The notes under the pieces are model-generated. The model saw nothing but the letters and a program-made list of their open reading frames with translations. It was not told where the DNA came from and ran no database searches. 64,000 bases of DNA from an uncultured Methanosarcinales archaeon (GTDB taxonomy: Archaea; Nanobdellota; Nanobdellia; Woesearchaeales; CAYSVS01), in NCBI GenBank assembly GCA_964589485.1, contig CAZPRK010000004.1:20611-84610 (forward strand), given 5' to 3'. This document shows positions 57,713 through 64,000 of this stretch, one piece after another. The position numbers and the translations under genes are program-made. Position 1 is the stretch's first letter. Each line of letters starts with the position of its first letter.

Positions 57713-58104
57713 AATGTATTTTTTGTAAAATAATTAAAAATGAAATACCTTCATCGAAAGTATATGAGGATGATGATTTTATTGCAATACTTGATATTGC
57801 TCCTGCAAATACAGGTCACACTTTAATTATTCCAAAAAAACATGTTGAGGTAGTTGATGAATTTGATCTTGATTATATGGTTATTGTAAAAAAAGTAGCT
57901 AAAGCAATAATTACTTCCACCAAATGCCATGGATATAATGTTTTGATAAACAATCATAGAGCTGCAGGGCAAGAAGTAGAACATTTACACATTCATATAA
58001 TTCCTAGGTTTTCTCAGGATAACTTTAGTTTTAAGTGGTCACCTAAAGAATACATTCATGGTGAGATGAAAACTGTTGCTGAAGATATTAAGAAATATCT
58101 GTAA
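57709..58104 (+). CDS. HIT-family hydrolase
   Basis: CIFCKI, GHTLIIPKKH, AGQEVEHLHIHIIPR. Confidence 0.95.
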   Translation: MKCIFCKIIKNEIPSSKVYEDDDFIAILDIAPANTGHTLIIPKKHVEVVDEFDLDYMVIVKKVAKAIITSTKCHGYNVLINNHRAAGQEVEHLHIHIIPRFSQDNFSFKWSPKEYIHGEMKTVAEDIKKYL

Positions 58105-59193
58105 TTACATATTTCCAATTATAGCATCCGCAAATTCTGAACATTTTAATAAAGTAGCACCTTCCATTTGTCTTTCTAAGTCATAAGTTACTTTCTTTTG
58201 AAGTATTGTTTTTTCAACCGCTGATAATATTAAATCTGCAGCGTCATTATAACCAATGTGTTGTAACATCATAACTCCAGATAAAATAAAACTTCCTGGA
58301 TTAACTTTATCTAATCCTTTATACTTAGGAGCAGTTCCATGAGTTGCTTCAAATAAAGCTATTCCAGTATTATAATTAATATTTCCGCCAGGTGCAAGTC
58401 CAAGTCCTCCAACTTGAGCAGCACAAGCATCAGATAAATAATCTCCGTTTAAATTAGTTGTAACTATAACATCATATTCATTAGGTCTAAGCAATAATTG
58501 TTGAAACATAGCATCCGCTATAACGTCATTAACTTCAATGTCATATTCTTTTGCAACTTCATAACCCCATTCATTAAAAGCTCCTTCTGTAAACTTCATT
58601 ATGTTTCCTTTATGAACCATTGTAACTTTTTTTCTTCCATGTTTAATAGCATATTCGATTGCAGCTTTTACAATTCTTTTTGTTCCAAAGATACTTATTG
58701 GTTTAATTCCAATTCCACTATCTGAACGAACATTATTTCCCATACTATTAATAAAATTAATTACTTCTTTACAAGATTCACTTCCTTCTTTAAATTCTAT
58801 TCCAGAATAAACATCTTCAGTATTTTCTCTAAATATAATAACATCTAACTTTTCAGGATTTTTAACTGGAGCTGGTACTCCTGTAAACCATTTTACTGGC
58901 CTTACGCATGCAAATAAATCAAGTTCTTGACGTAATGTGACATTTAAACTTCTAATGCCTCCGCCGATAGGAGTTGCCAGAGGACCTTTTATTGCAACTT
59001 TATGTTCTTTAATTGCATCCATAGTTTCTTGAGGTAAGTATTCTCCTGTTTTTTCAAAAGCTTCTTCTCCTGCAAGGATCCTTTTCCATGTAATACTTTT
59101 TCCAACTTTATCTAAAGCGGAATTGATTACTTTAATTCCTGCAGTTGTAACTTCTTCACCTACTCCGTCTCCATATATTACTGGTATTTCCAT
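58105..59193 (-). CDS. icd: isocitrate dehydrogenase (bacterial homodimeric NADP type)
   Basis: [45 protein letters not shown]. Confidence 0.95.
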   Translation of the reverse strand: MEIPVIYGDGVGEEVTTAGIKVINSALDKVGKSITWKRILAGEEAFEKTGEYLPQETMDAIKEHKVAIKGPLATPIGGGIRSLNVTLRQELDLFACVRPVKWFTGVPAPVKNPEKLDVIIFRENTEDVYSGIEFKEGSESCKEVINFINSMGNNVRSDSGIGIKPISIFGTKRIVKAAIEYAIKHGRKKVTMVHKGNIMKFTEGAFNEWGYEVAKEYDIEVNDVIADAMFQQLLLRPNEYDVIVTTNLNGDYLSDACAAQVGGLGLAPGGNINYNTGIALFEATHGTAPKYKGLDKVNPGSFILSGVMMLQHIGYNDAADLILSAVEKTILQKKVTYDLERQMEGATLLKCSEFADAIIGNM

Positions 59194-59195
59194 TT

Positions 59196-61343
59196 CTATT
59201 CACCTGCTATTTTATTCATTGCACTCCCTGCCTTAAACCAGGAAATTTGATTTTCATTATATGAATGATTTAACATAATTTTATCTTTAGAATTTAATGT
59301 CATTTCAATTTGACTTCCTTCACTAAATTCACTTAAGTCAAAAGTAAACACGTCATGAATATTAATTTTATCATAATCCTCTTTATTTGCAAAAGTTAAT
59401 GCTAATATACCTTGCTTTTTTAAATTAGTTTCATGTATTCTTGCAAAACTCTTTGCTATAACAACTCTACAACCTAAATGTCTAGGTTGCATTACGGCTA
59501 ATTCCCGAGAACTTCCTTCTCCATAATTTTCTTCTGCAATAATAACCCAACCAACTTTATTTTTTTTATAATACCTTGCAACATCTGGAACTTTACCGAA
59601 TTCATTTGTAAAAACATTACGGACAATTCCAGCTTTATCATTTTCATAATTAATTGCTCCTATTAATGTATTATTAGAAATATTATCTAAATGTCCTCTA
59701 TATTTTAACCATACGCCAGCCATAGAAATATGATCTGTTGTACATTTTCCTTTAACTTTAATTAATAATGCTAAATTTCTAAAATTATTTTCATTAAATG
59801 AATCAAAGGGAAGTAAAAACTGTAACCTTTCACTATTTTCATTAATATTAATTACATTTCCCATATTATTTTCATTTTTAAGTAAACCTTTACTTTCTTC
59901 AAAGTTATTTGGTAAATCTTTTCCTTTAGGAGCTTCCAATTTAAATTCATCTAAAGAGTCTGTTAAAGGATTAAAAGTTAAACTTCCAGAGATAGCTAAT
60001 GCAGTTACAATCTCAGGGCTTGAAACAAAACATAAAGTATTTGGATTTCCATCATTTCGTTTTGCAAAATTTCTATTAAAACTTGTTACAATTACATTTT
60101 TTTCATTCTCAGAAACATCAACTCTATCCCACATTCCAATACATGGTCCGCAAGCGTTTGATAAAACAATTCCACCAAATTCTTTCAAAATATCTAAAAA
60201 TCCATCTCTTTCAACTGTTTTTTTAATTTTATTACTTCCTGGAGATATAGCGAAAGGTATTTTTGATTTTAATCCATGAGATAATGCTTGTTTTGCAATA
60301 TCTGCACATTTACTTATATCTTCGTAACTTGAATTAGTACAACTTCCTATTAATGCATAACTTATTTTAGGAAATTCTGCATCTTTAATATCATTTAATG
60401 TCCAACTCCTATCTGGAGTAAAAGGTCCATTAAGTCTGGGTTCTAAAGAAGATAAATCAATTTCAATAACTTCATTATAAAACTGATTAGGGTTTTCTAA
60501 AACTTCATCATCTTGCTTTAATTCAGGAATATAACTTGTATCACGTCCAGTAATTTCTAAAAACTTTTTCATTGATTCATCATATGGAAAGATACTTGTT
60601 GTAGCTCCAATTTCAGCACCCATGTTACAAATTGTAGCTTTTCCTGTACACGATATAGTTTCACAACCTTCTCCAAAATATTCAATTATATGTCCAGTTC
60701 CACCTTTTACTGTTAATTTTTCAGCTAAAAACAAAATTACATCTTTTGGACTACACCAACCTGACAATGAACCTATTAATTTAACTCCAATAATTTTAGG
60801 CCATTTTAATTCCCAAGGTAAATTAACCATTGGTTCTAATACATCTGCTCCTCCAACTCCAATTGCTAAAGTACATAACCCACCTGCATTAGGAGTATGA
60901 CTATCTGTTCCTAATATTAATTGTCCAGGTATGGCATAATTTTCTAGAACTACTTGATGAATTATTCCAGAGCCTGGTTCCCAAAAATCAAAACCAAATT
61001 TAGAACTTGCACTTTTAAGAAAATCATAAACTTCTTTATTTTGTTCTATAGCTTTAGCTAAATCTTTTTCCTCTCCTTCTTTTGCTGAAATTAAATGATC
61101 ACAATGTATACTTACTGGGATAGAGCTTGGTTTATTAATTAAATTAAATTGAAGTAAAGCCATTTGTGCAGTTGCATCTTGCATTGCAATTCTATCTGGA
61201 ATAAATTCAACATAATTTAAGTTATTTTTATCTTTAATATTAGAATGACTAAGTAAAATCTTTTCACTTAATGTAAGAGGTCCAAATCTATTTCTTAAGT
61301 TAATTAATTTTTCTTTTAATTCTCTATAAAATTCCGAAGTCAT
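59196..61343 (-). CDS. acn: aconitate hydratase (mitochondrial-like type)
   Basis: [63 protein letters not shown]. Confidence 0.95.
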   Translation of the reverse strand: MTSEFYRELKEKLINLRNRFGPLTLSEKILLSHSNIKDKNNLNYVEFIPDRIAMQDATAQMALLQFNLINKPSSIPVSIHCDHLISAKEGEEKDLAKAIEQNKEVYDFLKSASSKFGFDFWEPGSGIIHQVVLENYAIPGQLILGTDSHTPNAGGLCTLAIGVGGADVLEPMVNLPWELKWPKIIGVKLIGSLSGWCSPKDVILFLAEKLTVKGGTGHIIEYFGEGCETISCTGKATICNMGAEIGATTSIFPYDESMKKFLEITGRDTSYIPELKQDDEVLENPNQFYNEVIEIDLSSLEPRLNGPFTPDRSWTLNDIKDAEFPKISYALIGSCTNSSYEDISKCADIAKQALSHGLKSKIPFAISPGSNKIKKTVERDGFLDILKEFGGIVLSNACGPCIGMWDRVDVSENEKNVIVTSFNRNFAKRNDGNPNTLCFVSSPEIVTALAISGSLTFNPLTDSLDEFKLEAPKGKDLPNNFEESKGLLKNENNMGNVININENSERLQFLLPFDSFNENNFRNLALLIKVKGKCTTDHISMAGVWLKYRGHLDNISNNTLIGAINYENDKAGIVRNVFTNEFGKVPDVARYYKKNKVGWVIIAEENYGEGSSRELAVMQPRHLGCRVVIAKSFARIHETNLKKQGILALTFANKEDYDKINIHDVFTFDLSEFSEGSQIEMTLNSKDKIMLNHSYNENQISWFKAGSAMNKIAGE

Positions 61344-61395
61344 AGAAATAAGTAAATATAGTTTCTTTTTATATCTTTGTTTTGATATAACTTAT

Positions 61396-63291
61396 TTACT
61401 TTAACCTAATAGTTTCAAGAATTCTTGGTGCAACAGTTTCAATTCTGTTTTGTTTATGTATACTTCTTGCTAAATCTAAAGTTCTACTACTTTCGCCATG
61501 AATTACAATTACTTTTTTAGGTCTAGGTGAACATTTGCTTACAAAACCCATTAATTCTTTACGGTCGGCATGATCTGAAATTTCAATTTTATGAACTTCC
61601 ATTTTAAGAGGTGTGATTTCTTGTTTAGTTCCTTTTTGTGTTACAAGTTCCCTTAATCCGTTTTGAATTCTTTTACCTAAACTACCTTCTCCTTGATAAC
61701 ATGAAAATACTAAAGTATTTTTCTCATTATCTGCAAGATGTTTTAGGTATTCTACACTAGGACCACCAACTAACATTCCAGAAGTTGCTAGAATTAAACA
61801 AGGTCCACTGTATTCAATAACTTCCATTCTTTCTTTTTGACTACCAATTCTTTTAAAATATGGTTGTAAAAAAGGATTATTATCTTTATGGAATATTTGA
61901 TTTCTAATATTTTTATTTAAAAATTCAGGATATGCAGTATGTATTGCAGTAACGTCCCATACCATTCCATCAATGTAAACAGGAATTTCGTCTATAACTC
62001 CAGTGCTAATTAAATTTTCAACCATTACTATTACATCTTGTGCTCTTCCTGTTCCCAACACTGGCATTAAAACTTTTCCGCCACGTTGAACTGTAGTTTT
62101 AATAATTTCTCCAAGGATTCTATCTCCTTCTTTAGGGTTTGGTAAAACATTATCTCTTCCGCCATATGTACTTTCCATCATTAAAGTTTCAAGCCTAGGA
62201 AATTTCCAATTTGCTCCTTCTAACAATTGAGTTCTTGCAAACTTTAAATCACCAGTATAAACAAAGTTATGTAATCCATTTCCAATATGTATATGAACCA
62301 GTGCAGCTCCTAATATATGTCCTGCATTGTATAACGTTAATCTTAAATCAGGAGTAATGTCTGCCACTTCTTCATAATTTAAAGTAATACAATGTTTAAC
62401 CATTTCTTTAACATCTTCAGAAGTATAAATTGGTTCTCTTCCTTCATTTCTCATAATTTTAACTGCATCTAATGCCAATAGAGCCATTACATCTCTTGTT
62501 GGTTCTGTACAATAAACAGGTCCTTTATATCCAAATTTATACAAATATGGAACTAGGCCACTGTGATCAATATGACTATGGGTTATAATTACTGCATCTA
62601 ATTCATCAATTTTAAATTCAGGAGCCTCTAAGTTTGGATAAGGTTCTTTATCATTTGCAACGTCAATTCCACAATCAAGTAAAACTCTAGATTCTGGTGT
62701 TTGTAATAAGAAACAACTTCTTCCTACCATTCTTGATGCTCCAAGACAAGTTAATCTAACCCATTCATGTTTTTTATCTCTAATCCAGCCATCATAAATT
62801 CTATGTCCAGCTCTGTTAAGAAACTTTTTTCTTTCACTAGAGTTTTTGTATAATACTGAACGAATATCTTCAATTAATTTAGACCTTATTGCAGGTTTTC
62901 TTCTTATTAGAGGAACCCAGTGAGTTTGTTCTTTAATTTCTCTTAAATTTGCACCTTGTTTTCCGATTGCTACTCCAGGTTTATCGGCTTCAATTATTAC
63001 AATTGATCTTTCATTATCAAAAAAAATTTGGTCTACACCTGCTTCAGTTTCAATTACTTCTCTAATTTTAATTTCAGCTTGTTCTGAATCCATTAATATT
63101 GAAGGATCAGGTCTTAACTCAACTCTTTTTTTGAATTCATTTACAATTTCTCTAATTATTCCTTTATTATCAAGAAAAAAATCTTTATTTTTTGTATATA
63201 GAACTATGTTAGATGCTTCAAAAACAGCATCGCTAACTAAACTTTTTGAATTTGGAATTTTCTCCAATATTTCTTTTAAAATATCTCCCAT
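61396..63291 (-). CDS. fttA: beta-CASP ribonuclease aCPSF1 / termination factor FttA
   Basis: Two N-terminal KH domains (KPGVAIGKQG), HSHIDH, AGHILG, ESTYGG, SDHAD, VIHGE. Confidence 0.95.
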   Translation of the reverse strand: MGDILKEILEKIPNSKSLVSDAVFEASNIVLYTKNKDFFLDNKGIIREIVNEFKKRVELRPDPSILMDSEQAEIKIREVIETEAGVDQIFFDNERSIVIIEADKPGVAIGKQGANLREIKEQTHWVPLIRRKPAIRSKLIEDIRSVLYKNSSERKKFLNRAGHRIYDGWIRDKKHEWVRLTCLGASRMVGRSCFLLQTPESRVLLDCGIDVANDKEPYPNLEAPEFKIDELDAVIITHSHIDHSGLVPYLYKFGYKGPVYCTEPTRDVMALLALDAVKIMRNEGREPIYTSEDVKEMVKHCITLNYEEVADITPDLRLTLYNAGHILGAALVHIHIGNGLHNFVYTGDLKFARTQLLEGANWKFPRLETLMMESTYGGRDNVLPNPKEGDRILGEIIKTTVQRGGKVLMPVLGTGRAQDVIVMVENLISTGVIDEIPVYIDGMVWDVTAIHTAYPEFLNKNIRNQIFHKDNNPFLQPYFKRIGSQKERMEVIEYSGPCLILATSGMLVGGPSVEYLKHLADNEKNTLVFSCYQGEGSLGKRIQNGLRELVTQKGTKQEITPLKMEVHKIEISDHADRKELMGFVSKCSPRPKKVIVIHGESSRTLDLARSIHKQNRIETVAPRILETIRLK

Positions 63292-63318
63292 AATTAATCA
63301 CCAAAAGAAAAAATATTT

Positions 63319-63954
63319 TTAAAGTTCAACACTTAGAACTTTAGGTTCAAGTTTTTTCATTCCTTCTTTAGTTATAGTAAAAACATTAATCCCATTTCCA
63401 GATGCACTATCTCTTTTTAATGCAGTATTTATTGCTACTGTTGCTATTTTAACTCCCTCTTCAACTGAAATATCAGGTTTGTAATGAGTTTCTAATACAC
63501 CGTAAGCAAAAACACTTCCAGATCCTGAACTAATAAAATCATCTACTAATTGAATAGATCCATCTGGAAAAATATCATATACGCTATGTCCTTCATCATC
63601 TATTCCTCCTAGAATAAAATGAGCAATTCCTGGAATCATTGACATTTTTCTAATATTTTGATAAACCATTCCAGCTAATAAATTTGCACTTTCTTTAACT
63701 GTTGGTTCTCTATTATTTCTAATTTTGATTAAATTTAATTCAGCTTTAATTAATTTTGTTACTAATTGAGCATCTGATACAGTACCAGCCATAGTAACTG
63801 CTAAATTATTTGCAATTGGAATAACTTTATCTGTTCTACTATTAACTATTAAATTTCCAGCTGTTGCCCTCATATCTGCAGCTAACACAACTCCATCTTT
63901 ACAAATTAAGCCTACAGTAGTAGTACCTGTTTTTAATCTTTCATCTTCTGTCAT
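63319..63954 (-). CDS. psmB: proteasome subunit beta
   Basis: KTG/TTTVG autoprocessing site, AADMRAT, GSGS, RDSASG. Confidence 0.96.
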   Translation of the reverse strand: MTEDERLKTGTTTVGLICKDGVVLAADMRATAGNLIVNSRTDKVIPIANNLAVTMAGTVSDAQLVTKLIKAELNLIKIRNNREPTVKESANLLAGMVYQNIRKMSMIPGIAHFILGGIDDEGHSVYDIFPDGSIQLVDDFISSGSGSVFAYGVLETHYKPDISVEEGVKIATVAINTALKRDSASGNGINVFTITKEGMKKLEPKVLSVEL

Positions 63955-64000
63955 ATTTAATTACCTCTCAGAATTAATATAATATAATTAACTTCAAGAT

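Noticed and set aside
57344..58104. MazG-HIT pair as an anti-phage system
   Set aside because: Both look like ordinary nucleotide housekeeping enzymes with no defence context
437..63322. Short antisense or out-of-frame ORFs inside recognised genes (e.g. 437..652, 1580..2020, 2697..3008, 15312..15674, 36442..36777, 38221..38460, 41494..41952, 56831..57091, 60622..60900)
   Set aside because: Overlap well-supported genes, have shadow-like composition and lack RBS or promoter support
61396..63954. psmB-fttA adjacency as a novel link
   Set aside because: Well-known conserved archaeal gene neighbourhood

Overview
Very AT-rich, densely coded archaeal chromosome segment. Archaeal markers include a histone, TFB, eIF2-gamma, eS6, eL42/L44e, Cbf5, thermosome, proteasome beta with aCPSF1/FttA, SRP54, Elp3, DtdA and an intron-containing tRNA-Tyr. 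The gene style and content suggest a DPANN (Woesearchaeota-like) organism; this is an inference. No CRISPR array, rRNA or mobile element is evident. Items beyond housekeeping: (1) an ArmA/Rmt-type 16S rRNA methyltransferase homolog coupled to a histone and a VOC gene, followed by a YqhH/YqhG-like SNF2 helicase pair; (2) a coupled operon of AbrB-like micro-regulator, RNA hairpin, TM protein, MinD-like ATPase, beta-CASP nuclease, amphipathic-tail protein, membrane protein, CcdA and thioredoxin; (3) two unannotated paralogous acidic microproteins divergent from an AbrB-PhoU regulator, plus four other microproteins missed by the ORF track; (4) a PEP-synthase fragment broken at a G GGA AAG slippery site; (5) a four-gene envelope cluster with shared Pro-rich motifs and a 33-bp coding tandem repeat; (6) bacterial-type aconitase and isocitrate dehydrogenase; (7) several apparent pseudoenzymes; (8) a recurrent ~30-nt stop-TATA-ATG spacer architecture. 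All family calls come from motifs read by eye, not database searches. Several start codons were moved relative to the ORF track using RBS/TATA spacing.
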